Shown here piece by piece: positions 13,858-27,400 of a stretch of 64,000 nucleotides of DNA. Position 1 is the first letter of the stretch; the number at the start of each line of letters is the position of its first letter. The stretch comes from Ophelia neglecta (Eukaryota): positions 36,332,001-36,396,000 of the forward strand of contig OZ260661.1 of assembly GCA_965285935.1 (NCBI GenBank), read 5' to 3'. The notes beneath the pieces were generated by a model, which saw nothing but the letters and a program-made list of their open reading frames with translations, was not told the DNA's origin and did no database searches. The translations under genes and the position numbers were made by a program.

Positions 13858-15949
13858 GTATAGGCTATTCAAATTTTGAATTTATTTGGTTTGACCTCTT
13901 TTTAAAACAAATCCCAGTACTGCTCCAAGCTCAGCACAAAGGGAGATCCCTCTGGATAGCACATATGTGCTGAGAATTACTAAAAAAATATCATTGAAAA
14001 ATCTACTCTCACTCATGCATACATTGGCCTAAATTATTATCTGACATTATGTTTCATTAACCCTTTTAGAAATAGAAGGTACTGGCGTTTTCGCTGTTGA
14101 GCATTTCACAATTATCTTTCAGCTCACAGTAAGAAAAGTGCTGTTCACTTCGGTTATTCGTGTTCCCAGCGTGTGCTGTCTCCATCCATTAGCTGACAGG
14201 CATTCTGTTTGAGCAATTTTTTTTTACATAAACATCATTTCATAAACGTAGGATTATTCATATAGAAATTCTGATAAATGAAGCGCATTTACTAATATTT
14301 TTTCATACACATTCTCGATATTACTAGTTCCACTTATCCCAATCAATGACAACTTATTATTTTGTTCACGAACACTACAATTGTCAGCTTATGTTTTCTT
14401 AGCTTGCCTTGTGTTCCTGTGTATCGATATGCTCGTTCTACAGTAATTATACGTAATTCCTCAACCGCGTTGCAGGTATTGCAACCAATATCCATAGTAA
14501 AGTTTCCTATCTTTACTGTGAAGTGTTGTGTAGATGAGTGAGGGGATGGGCGTGGGGGTAACTGTTACAGTATCTATGACACATAGACAATATTATTAAA
14601 AAAACAGTCCGTACAGGGCGAATCGGTTAAGGGAATAGCGAAGCGCTTCGAAGCAGTACGGACAAAGCTCCAAAAACTAAATCTATGTTGGCTGGCCGTA
14701 GATATTTATATTAAGTTGCATATCTATGTTTAAACACAGCGTGATCAACCGAATAAGGCCATATTCAAGGTTTTCAGTATTTATCACCTGTTTTTCGCTT
14801 TTGGTAGCCACAATGCTAAATGGCCTTCAATCCTCTGCAGTGTCCTACTGAGCTCTAAGTGCACATCACTATCAGGAAAGGTCATTCAATCATCTGCATT
14901 ATCCTACCGCGCATAAACAGGCGCGCATCACACTCAGAAAGATAGAGTGTAGTTATTAAACGCCCCCCTCGTTCATTGTGACAAAAGGGTTTTTATCAAA
15001 CTTTCAATAGTTTTATTCAATGGATCACCATTTAGACTGATTGATCACGCTGGTTTGAGGCTAACTTCCAGCCCTCCTCCCCCACCCCCCTCCCCTTTTC
15101 TATTTTGTTAGAAAATGTTGTGTCCCTAATACTTGAATACAACACTGTCGTCGACTGTTTAGCTTAAGAAATATATTAAAGGAGCCCGCTAGGATTACTC
15201 TAACAAGTGTAAGTGTAATTAACATCATTATTAGAAAAGACTGTTTTGCAGCGAGCTAGCACGGTTTCATACTGTAATATTACGAGAAATCACGTCGATA
15301 AACATTACACCAACTAAACTGCCTGGGTACAACTTGACACAAGGAGTATTTGACTACAGAGACATGTTGAGCAAAATAATTTGAAAGTATACAGTCATGT
15401 AGTCATATCGTTGTATATGATAGAGGCAAAGTAAAGTTGATCCCTCTCATCGCGAATAAAGTAAAATACATTGGACGAAGACAAGATTCATGGACGAAGG
15501 GTTACAGCATAATATAAGTAAATAAAGCAATTTATAGGTTTTCATTATTGAATTGGACAAATGTCGAGTAGTCTTTTTAATGGCAGGCCAGGCTGCCAAT
15601 CGTTGGTATTGGGTCGTTTACTGAATCTTCTAAGATTAGTAATTATCAGAAAAGCGGAGTGCGATACCCAAGAGTTTAATGCTTAATATTAGGCCACTCC
15701 TCTCTATTTATTCGTCCATTAAACATTAAGCAAAACTTATGAATTATCAATTGTGTGCACCAAGCTAAAGTCATCGGATCGAGTGACTTGATTACAGTCG
15801 TGCCTCGTTAACATCGTGGATTATTTGATTGGTTATCTACTCATCGAAATCATTCAATAGGTTGCTCAAAACACTTTTAAAGTAATATTATAGAAGGGTG
15901 ATCTATCTATCTTTCACGAACATGGCTGTACTTCGTGACCCACAACTTT

Positions 15950-16825
15950 ATAAAGCTTCACTCTTACAAGACCGAGATCATGTTCTTGGGAAAGAAACAT
16001 CAACTGCCTAAATGCAATGTTCGCTCACTTTCGGTTGGAAGCACAACAGTCCTTGTTCAAACTATTCCATTCCTAACCTGGGAGTTAAGTTTGACAACTC
16101 TCTAACCATGGATGCTCAGGTGTCGTTTCTTAACCACATTCAACTTTTGCAACATGTCGCGTATCTGAAAAATCATTAAATGCCGAAACAACCAGAAGAC
16201 TTGTTATTATGTCTGGCTTGAACTGCTGCAATCCTCTTTTGGGTGTTTCCTGCAATTAATCGTCAGGAGTCCAGAACTGCGTACTTCGCCTTGTGTTTCC
16301 GTCCACTAGGAGAGATAACTCAACACCTTTTCTGCGCGAGCTGCACTGGCTCCCTGTCGCCTTTCGGGTTAAGTACAATCAGGTATTTCTGATACTCAAG
16401 GGACTGCATGGCCTGTTTGCACTGTACATTTCAGAACTTATTGAAGTTAACAAACCTTCCACGTTATTTAGGTCTGAGTCAGAACATCTTCTCAAGGTAC
16501 CTATAGATTGAGACTGGTCACTGCTGGTAATACAGTTTCTCCATTTATGAACCTAAACTCTGGAACCATTGGCAAGCAGATCTATTAAGTCATTTGAAGC
16601 CTTTAAATCCAGGCCAAAGACTAATTTCAACTGGCTCGCCTTTAATTTCCGATTGGCCGGATATAAATGTGTGCCATGACTTTCTTTAGTTCTGTTTTTT
16701 AAAATTAGTTTTGTTTGTAACCTTTATTTGATTTCTATTTAGATTTTATGTATACCGTTTAATGTCAAGCTGTTGAGCTCATATGAAAAGAGCTCTCCAT
16801 AAATGCCATTATTTTTGTTATTATT
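15950..16825 (+). mobile_element. Degraded L2/CR1-group LINE 3' fragment
   Basis: KTEIMFLG, NLGVKFDNSLTMDAQV and TPFLRELHWLPVAFRVKY...YISELI motifs typical of the L2-type ORF2 C-terminus; several stops and frameshifts. Confidence 0.85.
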
Positions 16826-18036
16826 AAATCCAATTTGCTTTTCAATAGTATGTTTTACCCTAAATTGATCTGAAATTGAATGTATCTCATGTAAATTTTC
16901 ATCTTAGAGTATTCGACAAAGCCTGTATGCTACCGTAATATCTTTTTTCGGTTACTTTCCATATTTGCGTTATTAAGAGAATATCTTATTAGTCTGTTCG
17001 TATTAAAATGTAAAGATCGGCAATGACACAATTTCTTTCGTACTTTCCTATGTATGGATGATATCATAGATTATCCAATGTAATGGCGTTTCCGAGAGTC
17101 ATATTCTTACCTAATACAAGTATATATTTCATTATTACAGTTACGTCATAGCTAGTTTTATCTGTACTCCTTTTTGGTTTCTAGGAGAGTCAAATGGTGT
17201 CTGCGGAAATATAGATTGTAGCACGCATATGCGCTTTCTATCAAATTATAATCTAAAAAGTGCAACCTAGATTTTCCTCACAATCTCTGATTTCTGGTAC
17301 TCTGTGGTTACCTGATTCCAAACCTTTGAGGCTATGTATAGGAATAGCATTTAAGCCCGAATTTTGTTGTTCGGCACTTTAAGACTTGGCAAGCAACATT
17401 ATTCCGCAGGTTATACGAAGGATTTTTGTCTATCATGAATATTTTCATGGATGTTGTGTTTAAACCATGAACGGTCTTAAAACACTCAACTGCAATTTGT
17501 TATTTGCGGCGACGAGCGAGTGGTGTCTATTTGGTCCTGTCGCTTAGAGCTTCATGACTGGAGAAGTAGTCCCGGGAAATCATACCTCCTTAACATTCCT
17601 GTCGGCGCTCTAGCTTGTTCTCACAGTTGGGCAATAGTCAAATTGGTATTTTATATGGCGTCCGGAACTGAGATTTCTGGATTATTCTTCGAGATATTAA
17701 AAAGAAACAACTTTCCCAATAAGAACAACCGACTGGACTTCATTGTTATCCTTAATATCTAAACAAGATGGATAGAAATTAATTACATTATTGTCTGAAG
17801 TACATGTTATTGTATCAAACAAAATGATTTATATACCTAAATAAGGAAAAACATATTATCTGAGTTACATCTCATAACCATTGGCGATAAAAACATATTC
17901 ATAAGTGAAAAGATTCAAATCTAAAACCAAAGCAGCACGGATCGTGCCCATTGGAATATTAATGCTTTGGCGAAAAACCAAAAACCCTACCTGAAAAAAT
18001 GTAAACCAGTAGGTAAGATAGCTCGACAAACTAGGG

Positions 18037-18216
18037 TAAAGGGACCCCTGCGATGTAGGGCCCATCCGATGAAGGGCCACCTGCGATGTCAGGACAGGTT
18101 TTGAATACCCATGTCCTATCTTTTCCGTGCTAAAATACCTCCGATGAAGGGCCACCTGCAATGTAAAACCGCGTTTCCTTGGATTTAGGGATGGCCCTAC
18201 ATCGCAGGGACAACTG
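18037..18216. mobile_element. MITE-like element
   Basis: 17-bp perfect inverted repeat ccctgcgatgtagggcc (18046-18062) / ggccctacatcgcaggg (18193-18209); internal direct repeat cgatgaagggccacctgc. Confidence 0.65.
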
Positions 18217-18354
18217 TTCAATCCATATGTGGTAATCTCCACATTCATTGTGTTGACAAAAGGTTTTCTATTGCATATATGTTTCAACGGCTACTCTGCT
18301 TTAATAAATGAGTTCTTTGTGAGCTTTTATAGCCTTAACTAAAAATCACCGCTT

Positions 18355-18520
18355 GGAAGGGTATTATACAGAGGAGAGAATCAGCACGAGGAAGGGTATT
18401 ATAGATGGTAGAGAATCAGCACGTGGGATGGTATACATAGAAAGCTTGGTCGAGATTCAGCACGTGGAATGGTATACAGGGTAGAAAATCAGCAAGATGA
18501 AGGGAAGTACACAGTGTAGA
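18355..18520. repeat. Degenerate ~35-bp minisatellite
   Basis: ggaagggtattata...gagaatcagcacg units, about 4 copies. Confidence 0.7.
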
Positions 18521-21500
18521 TAAGATCCATGAAGAAATGTACCGGTAATTGGTTGGACCAAGCAATTCAAGATATTTTAACAGGTCTCTACAGTTTCCAG
18601 AATCAACGTTTGGCATCAGAGTTACGAAGAACTGTAATACAATTCCCTTCCAAATAATATTTAAGAGCCATGTAGGGCTATCTATCGGAAACAGAGCTAA
18701 AAGGTTTATATATCGGCCTGCTTCCCTCGAAGTCCTTCTCTGTTCCCTGTATTTGGGACAATTAAAAATAGTTTTTTAGAAATGGGGTTAGTAATGAAGT
18801 CGAGGTTACCAGTTACAAGATTACCACAATGTACATAATCTAACATTTTTTCAAGGGTGACCCTGAAAGATCTACATAGTTTTTTCGTCTAAACTTTCTT
18901 CAAACAAGTAATAAGTAGGATTATAACATTATGTCGACCTATGTTATTAGACATCTTCTTAGGGGATCAGTTTTTCAGACAGAATATAGAGTTGAAGGTA
19001 GATTAGAGGCATATGTGTCAGCTGAGCTTCAATTAAAAAAAATCAACTACAAGAAACCGTCTATGTAATAAAGGAGTTCCTGATTTGTGTCGTTTCTCAT
19101 GTACAGGGTATTCATTTTTGCCATTTTCATCATAGCATACCATTATCTAGAAGTATTCATAAGTCAACTTGAAAATGAGCATGGTTGACATATTATTTTG
19201 ACAATTCCACTCATGAATTTAAGAATAACCTACTTTGGACATGTTTTTAATTATGTGAATGTCATTTTATACAAAAATCACATGATTAATCTAAATTATC
19301 ATCCTTAAAGCGTATAGGGTACAGTTACCCAATTCGATTCTGTCGTGCCATGGTTTCGCGAGAATGAATACGCAAGCGCCCCGCTTCCTCAACGAAATTT
19401 GAACATGGGCTCTGAAATCTTATGGACCTTTACTTGGATTTTAAAAGGAAGGCCCAAGGTATGAATGACAAACAGGGAAGGCAGGTGTTCTTATTTGTTT
19501 GTAAATATTCTTCGCTTGGCAAATACTTATTTGTACAATGACAATTCTTTGTCTACATTTGTTTAGTAGATACTGGTCACAAGCAGTTATTGCTGTTCTG
19601 CCTTTATATTAATCCAATTCGGATATAACAATTGTCCCCCTGTACGCTATTAGTGGTTGCTGCGGGAATACGATTATTTTGCACAAAATCCTGCGAGATT
19701 TGGCGAGACTGGTCTATAAGGACGCTGCACTGTGTGCTGTCTCGAGAATGGCAATACGATTTTGCTATGTAGCCGGGTGCAGTACATCCGCCAAACATCT
19801 TTCCTAGTTTCACCGAGAGCGACTGGTTTTTTAATGTAATACCTGCCAAATAAGTCTCCAGTTTTCACCCCGTTTTGAACTTGTTCTCTCTATTTCTCCC
19901 GGGTTTCAAAAAAGCTTAAATTTCTCACAGCACCCAGGTTTTTTTAAAGGTTTTAACATTTTCTCACTATTTCTGACGGGCTTCCTTGTGAAAAAAAATG
20001 GTTAAAGCTTTCAGAGCACCCAAAATACTCTCCCGGTTCGTACTAGAATTTGTTACCGTAAGATCCCTGTCGTAACTTTGGCAGTAATTGTGAAAAATTT
20101 GGCTTCCACAGATTTTTCATTTTGTAATGTTGGAGGGCTGCGTAATACACTTTTTATTTTCCATATTCATAAAATAATTGCGACGCGTTCTTTATTCCCT
20201 TATTAAATAGTGTCAATTAATATATATGAGCTTATATGAATGTCTCGTCCATGGAATCTGATTATACCTACAAAGCAAGGCTGTTCTTTTATGCATGGCT
20301 AGGTTTTTAATCCTTGTACCCATCCTGACCTCGACCCTTCTGATTATGTTTAAAAAAACGGGAAAATAGTGCACCCTTTTCAACAGGTGATAAAAACCGC
20401 ACGTAGGTATATATAGATCGAAATTCGAATCGTCTGCGGCAGCGATTAATTTATCTGAACCAGCAACACAAGATATATTTTTGTCTCAATTGGTAGGCCT
20501 ACCCTATAAATATACCAATCCCCGTTTGTCGGTGTACTATCTATACACCCTGATTAATGTAAAGTTTTTGCAATATATATAGCATTCCAGCTAAAAGAAA
20601 AAAAAAATAGTCTTGTTGATGATTATATATTATTATATTTAGATTGCTAATACATCAGTTGCCAGCAAAGGCCACTTACCTTAAAATTATAAATGTGAGT
20701 AATGGCGGACGGCTTTACGTAATATTTCATATTATTTACTATAGTATTAAGATCGTTATATTGTTATGGTTAATGTTTCACATCAAAGAAACTCCAAGAA
20801 GCCTTATGTTCCCTGAATTCTGTTTCTTTCCAGCCAGCCAGTTTCAGCTCAGATGGCCTAAATGTATGTTAGACCAACTACAGACAAGATATAGTAGATA
20901 CACTAACCAATGTACCGTGTGTCAGTCCCTACTAAAGAGGAAACGATGACGTCGACAAATCACAGGCAAAAGTACAAATCTGTCCAATCGCTGTACAGAC
21001 AGGGGCCTATGTGATTCAGATGAGGTAAGCTGCATGGTGTCACGATTCTTTTTCAAAATGAAATTTAATAGATTGGGATACATAGGCCTAGGTCTTCTTT
21101 ATTGACACAGTATCAATGGGCGGTTCCGGGCCATCATTAGTAATAGGACCCCACGACTACCTTGGCATTCTTGTACTTACAGTTTAAGAGTCATTTATAA
21201 TATGTGTAACTTATTATGCTTATTTCGTTCAGTATAGTAAAATATCGCGAATAGAGAGATAGAGCACCATTAACAATGTCTTAGCGTTCATGTATATATA
21301 TAAATATAGGCCTATATAAACGAACTCAGCATGGCAGTGTATCAAGGTCAGATCACACTAGTATAGCGCCCTCTGGAGAGGCCAGCCGGAAATGATGATA
21401 CAACTGAACTATTGTTTACATATTCACCACGTTTGCATGTTTGGACATAAACAGAATCAAATCAGCACGTCTCACAAACATGGAAATTATATATAGTCCC

Positions 21501-22754
21501 ATGTTAGGGAACAGCTCTGGCATTCCGGGTATATTCAAACCGCATATATACTTAGACTAATCGCACAGGAAGTAGCAACCATACAAAAATGCGAACAAAT
21601 GATAGGCCTGCTTTCAGATGTGCCGTAAGTGACACCTCACAATTCATGTAAGGCGTGATACTAAGTGGATGTAGAGGTAAAGACTACAAGTGCAGTTAAG
21701 TAACCCATAGAACGTCAATGGGCTGAGTTCATATTTGATGCAGAAAGCAAAAATAGACTGCCAGTCGGGGTAAATCGTTTTTATATCAGATTCTAGTTTT
21801 AGTGTCACTGACAATTCGCAATGATTTCTACTTCACAATATTTTCAGGCTGCCCTTTAAATCGCCAGCGGTTTTATATGATTTATAATATACCGCACGAT
21901 TTGCTGCCGTTGGTAAATCAGCCTTTTCTTCCTGATGGGAGAAGGTCACATCATGTATTATGGTAGCTGCCCCAAGACAAAGTTGTCTGAACAAAGCAAC
22001 TTATGTTTTAGACACATGTCTGTTTTTTGCTATCGGTTTTTAGCCATACATACTTCAGGTTTCTAGCCGGAAACAAAGAGTTCATTGCTCAATGTTGCGG
22101 CTAAAAATGTTTCTGAAGATTCCTGTACGAAAAGGGGGTGGACGGCTGGGGTGAGTTGACATTAGCGTGTTGCCGAGATATTCCTAAAATTTTTGGAAAT
22201 GGTGTAGCAAATTTTTTAAAATTTCATGAGCTGAGCTTAAATCAGATACTGATAGATGTATGTACGTTTACTAACTTGCATAATTGAAAATATCAAATAC
22301 TGTATCCAATTTCTTAGTGGAAAATAAGTTGTAAACATTAAAAAAGTGCTTGTAATGGAAATAACCTTTGAAATAAAGGACATTAACTGTCTTAGTTGCA
22401 TTAACTCACACATTTCAGAAAAATGTGGAAGATATATTAACCGCCAGTATGAATCCCAGCTAGGATTCATGCCTCCAAAGCTAGGATCCATTCCTCCACC
22501 GACCCCTCGAACGAATTGTATGTATGAGTACCAACCACAGGAAATAAACACTGTGGCTATCGTTGTGGCATGGATGAAATAGAAGTAGACGGCACTTAAC
22601 TAAACCCTCCATCCAGCAAGTTGCTGCTAGTTTTCCCTTCGGTACCGACAAAAACCCAGACCAGGGTCAGATACTCAGTACACGTCAGAGGGTCCTGGGC
22701 ACTCGCTGAGCACTCGTCTGTCACAGTTTCACGCTTTGATAAGGTCGGTTACAG

Positions 22755-22848
22755 TCCGCTATTCCGAGGGTTCCCTATTCCGAAGGTCCGCTATTCCGAA
22801 GGGCCTCTATTCCGAGGGTTCGCTATTCCGAAGGTCCGCTATTCCGAA
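22755..22848 (+). repeat. 16-bp tandem array (ctattccgaaggtccg), about 6 copies
   Basis: Directly visible; it is the inverse of the array at 24367-24499. Confidence 0.9.
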
Positions 22849-24366
22849 ATAATATTTTCTACTTCCCTGCACATATTTCTTTACACATCTGAACTTAATG
22901 TCAGATCAATCACGTTGTCGGCAGAACTGGGGACGCTGGCGGGTGCAGGGTTCAATCGAGGCTGTGATATTTAAAACGATCGTCACAATGCGCCATAATA
23001 CCCCAAGAAAAATAACTCTGACCCGTAGAAATTGAGGCCCCCGCCCAGCAAAAATGAACTTGGCGCAAATAAGCTATTTTCTATAGTTTGTCAAAACACT
23101 TCCCCGGCCTTGACTCGAGGATATTACCACCGATCTGTCGGGGATTTCCGCCATCAAACGGAAACATCCGAACGCCAAGCATGCGTCTGTCGGCATTCAT
23201 CAATGGAAGACTCTATGGCACGGCTTTATGGTGTACTAAATATCAATATTGTGACAAGACTTGAATATTTATGATTACAGCGTTAAGGTGTTACAACTTT
23301 ATTTTGCGTACTAACATTATATTTCCACATTATAAAGTGTATATATTTAGCCATATCAGTCCTGGTATAGGGATATGCCGGATTATTATTATTGTACTCT
23401 GCTATTTCACCTAGTTAAAACCCGCTATTTGCATGGTAATATTTTTAGCGTAACAGCACATATTACCTAATTTCTTTATTAATGCCGCTACCATGTAGAA
23501 ACTATTGACTACTAATTTCCTTATTTATTGTTATTTTCAATTATCACATGTTCTTTAATAGTATGTAGTAAAATTTCTATGCCATGGGGCGTCCAGTTCC
23601 GAATGGCGACCTAGCTATAACTGGCGTCCAGCAACGCATCACCTGTGTTATATACTGGTAAACAAGTCCATATTTTTTGTATTTTGTGTTGCAAATAAAC
23701 TAAACAAATCAAATCAAATCAAAATCAAGATATGCAGATATGCATAAATGATTTTACTACGTCTCCCTGATTGGCAGAAAGAATACTTCATGTACTAAGA
23801 TAATGTGATTGGTCCGCAGTGCCTGCATGAGGTCGGGTCACGACCTTGTGGGTTATCTCTCTTTACAATTTTTTTTTCTGGGCGGCATTTCTGACTGTTC
23901 GCGGCATCCATAGGCCTTCTCTATTCGAGGGATACACCATATCGGCCGCTTCGGCGGCCGCCTAGTTTTCAGACCGTAGTACAGACATTTGGTTATTTCT
24001 GTAACGATAACCTATGGGGAGGGGGAGTGCTACCAGTACATGAGTACAGAAAAAATAACACAAAGATCACCTAACGGGAAATAAACAAATGACATTTTAC
24101 GGATTGCGGAAAATAAAAATTACGTCGTACAGCAATAACCCCTCCCCCCCCCCCCCACACACACACAAACTGAATTTCCTGACACGTAAAAAGCAACCGA
24201 TAACAGTTCTCCGTTCGCGGCGTAATCAACAAAATACGAATGAAAAAGAGATGATACATTGATCCAAAACTCGTTGTTCTATGTGAATGTAAATAGCCCC
24301 TATGTCCAGTTCGGAAAATAAATAAGTTTGGAATAGCAGGCTTCTGCCGGAAAGGTGACTCTTAAT

Positions 24367-24499
24367 AATAGCGGACCTTCGGAATAGCGGACCTTCGGAA
24401 TAGTGGACCTTCGGAATAGTGGACCTTCGGAATAGCGAACCTTCGGAATAGCGGACCTTCGGAATAGCGGACCTTCGGAATAGCGGACCTTCGGAATAG
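24367..24499 (-). repeat. 16-bp tandem array (cggaccttcggaatag), about 8 copies
   Basis: Directly visible. Confidence 0.92.
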
Positions 24500-27400
24500 G
24501 AAACAACCAAACATCAGCGCCATATGGCGCAAATCGAAGGTTGTCAGAGATCCCGTTTAAAGGTTGCAAGAGAGTATTTTTCCAGCTGGTTCCTTTATGA
24601 CGTATTCTAGAATAATAATTTGGGTTTATATGCCGTGTATCCATCCCCGAGTTTTCACCCTTTGCACTCTGATAGAGGTCGGCAGCGCCCTGGGATTCGA
24701 GATAAACAATCGTGCGTTAATAAGAACTGTTTATTTACATGTCATTTCTTTGATCATATCCAACAGCATTTTTTTCAGCAGGTTTTGTTGCAATTTAGCG
24801 CCGGGAAGAACTGCGTTGGTTGACAGCCCACGTGGTATTCGTAAATTAGGCTGTGACGTAGCTAATGTGGGTTGAGGTAGGTGACCGTAGGGAAGAGGCA
24901 GCCTGCAAGAAAAACAACATGCCTCCATTTTTTTCTCGCTACAAATAGCAACAGCATGTCGGGATTATTTGTATGGCCCGAAGGTACTAACAAAGATGTT
25001 GTTTCAAACATTTTAAATACAGGCCTGCTAGATGGGGAGAATGGGAGGAGGGGAGTTAATTGCTCTTATAATTGTTCATTTGCATTCATGACATCACTAG
25101 TCGCATGATTCACACATGTGATGTGTTTACTGATTTATGAGATATTTTTCATCAATATCAAGGATTTTTACCTATTTTGACAACTTTAAACTTGTATGAA
25201 TTTTAAGTGTTAACATGTTTAATTCGTATTATATGTATTTCATAAAGCATCAATGAAAGAACTATAAGCAAGATAACGATGGCGATGCGTTCATAGTTCT
25301 AAAAGTCTTAAAAAATGGTCCGTATATGTAATTAGAGAAATTCTGATATATAGAATGCTATAATTCGAATCATATTTCTGATAACTGTCGACAAAAAGAT
25401 TGATATCCAATGCCATAACCAGCTCTCTTTGCATCTAGATCAAGTTTCGCAATAGCATAACCCAAAACTGGCTTAATTTCCTCGCCAAACAAGACAACTA
25501 GGTAACGTACGACGGGACTACTCCGGGTGAAAATAACCATCGACTCTGGCGTATCCGACTAGATATAATGTTCTTAGTGCCTTCCGATTCCATTACATGC
25601 CCTTTGTCAACATATAAGTTGAGATCTCGGCACATACCTCATCAGTCATTGCTTGTGACAATGTGCTCATGAAGTTAGCAAACAAATCCCCACGTTGACT
25701 TGCACTCTTCTGCAGGGCGATGCCGACCTCTATAAAATAGACAAAGCAATGAGAGTTAATACCCGATGGATAAAACAAAATTTTCAATCAAAGATATTAA
25801 CGTAAATCGGTCCGCGAAATCAGCATTGTGATCACAAACATCAGCCCTTTTCTCGTACAGTAAATAACCTTGTAGCTAAATTGCTAATAAACAACAAAAA
25901 ATTGAAATCAATTAACATTTGTATGGAAAGATTTAAAAAATACTTAACTATTCCGGTTTTGTGAGTATTATATTCTGTTGATACTAGATTCCTGTATATA
26001 CAGTATATAAATTAACAACGATCCATATTATGTAATCAAAACTAACGAAAACTACAAGCCTTCCGGGTCAATAATGTTACAATACAAAATGTTTTACCTT
26101 GAATTCGCAAAAGAGATACATGATATTGTATAGTAATGGTCTAACATTCGAGACCGATTTCAAAATCCTTTAACTGCGTTTCGTGCTGGGTCACGTCTTT
26201 GCTACAAGTGCATGCATTTGTTGCCGCCGTATAGTTTTTCCTTTCAAATTAAAATCATACATATTGCGTTGGCGTGATATATCATGACTGATATACAACT
26301 TTAAAAAAAATTATAAATGTAATATCTAAATGAACATGAAGACAATTTTGTATCTGGAAGATTTAAACTATAATTCTAATTTTCAGTCGTCATGTTCTCT
26401 TAGATGCGATCATATGTCTCGAGCACCTAGGCTCTGTGCATTTTAAAGCGCCTTAATCAATACTGACTGTCACTTGGTACCTCAGGCAACATTACATTTC
26501 AGAAACTAGATAACCTCATCTTATTTCATCCTGGAAAAGTGTTGGCAACCTTTCGACTCGATAATAATTATCGTTTGTCATTTTTTCGCCTTAATCAAAA
26601 CAGACTCTCACTTTTTACTTTAGGCAACATAACATTTAAGAAACTAGATGACCTCATCTTTTTGCATCCTGGGAAATTGTAGACTACTTTTCATTGCAAG
26701 TGATCTCATTTTTTTATGTTTTTGTATACTTTTATGTACATTACAAGTGTGTTCACAATATGGGTGCTGGGATTGATTCTTGTGAACCTGTGGGTGCTGG
26801 TTCCTGATGATTACAGAACGACGATCCAATGACTTATTCTTGATTGTTTGGCTTTGTCTGCTGTGTATCCTGCAAATGACTTTTTTATCCATGAGTAACA
26901 TAGAATTTTAACTCACAGAATACAACTTTAACATGAGAATGTTGTAAAGTATAACGTCAAATGCACTAGTCATCAATGGGATATTTTTTGAATGATTAAA
27001 CTCTCAAACGCCCTATTTTGATTCACTACTTAGTTTCGAAAATGATCATACCCATTGAGTACGTGGCAAACCTACCTTTTAAAGTAAATTATCCTGATAA
27101 GCATTCTTGGGCATAATCTAGCCGTCTATGGTGGAAAAAAAGACAGCCTCTCGTACAAAAGAAATCAACTAGTCACCGAGCGCTTCTTATCCAATTGATA
27201 CTATCCTACGCAAATCAGGAAAGGAAAGATAAGTTAAGGAAAATTATCAATATCATAATTCCTTAATTTGATATCTTCATCCAATTGTATATAAATCGTG
27301 CTAAATATCATAATAAAGCAGGCAATCGCACTGCGAAATTGATTTAAACAACAAATAAATATTTCCAAAACAAACTCCCCATGGTAGTCTCTATTGAATT

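Noticed and set aside
21332-21352. miR-34-like seed (tggcagtgt)
   Set aside because: Only 9 nt match and I saw no hairpin partner.
22755-24499. CRISPR array, or coding (PKVRYSEGPLFRRSAI)n ORFs
   Set aside because: Head-to-tail 16-bp repeats with no unique spacers, in eukaryotic DNA with no cas genes; the ORFs are repeat artefacts.
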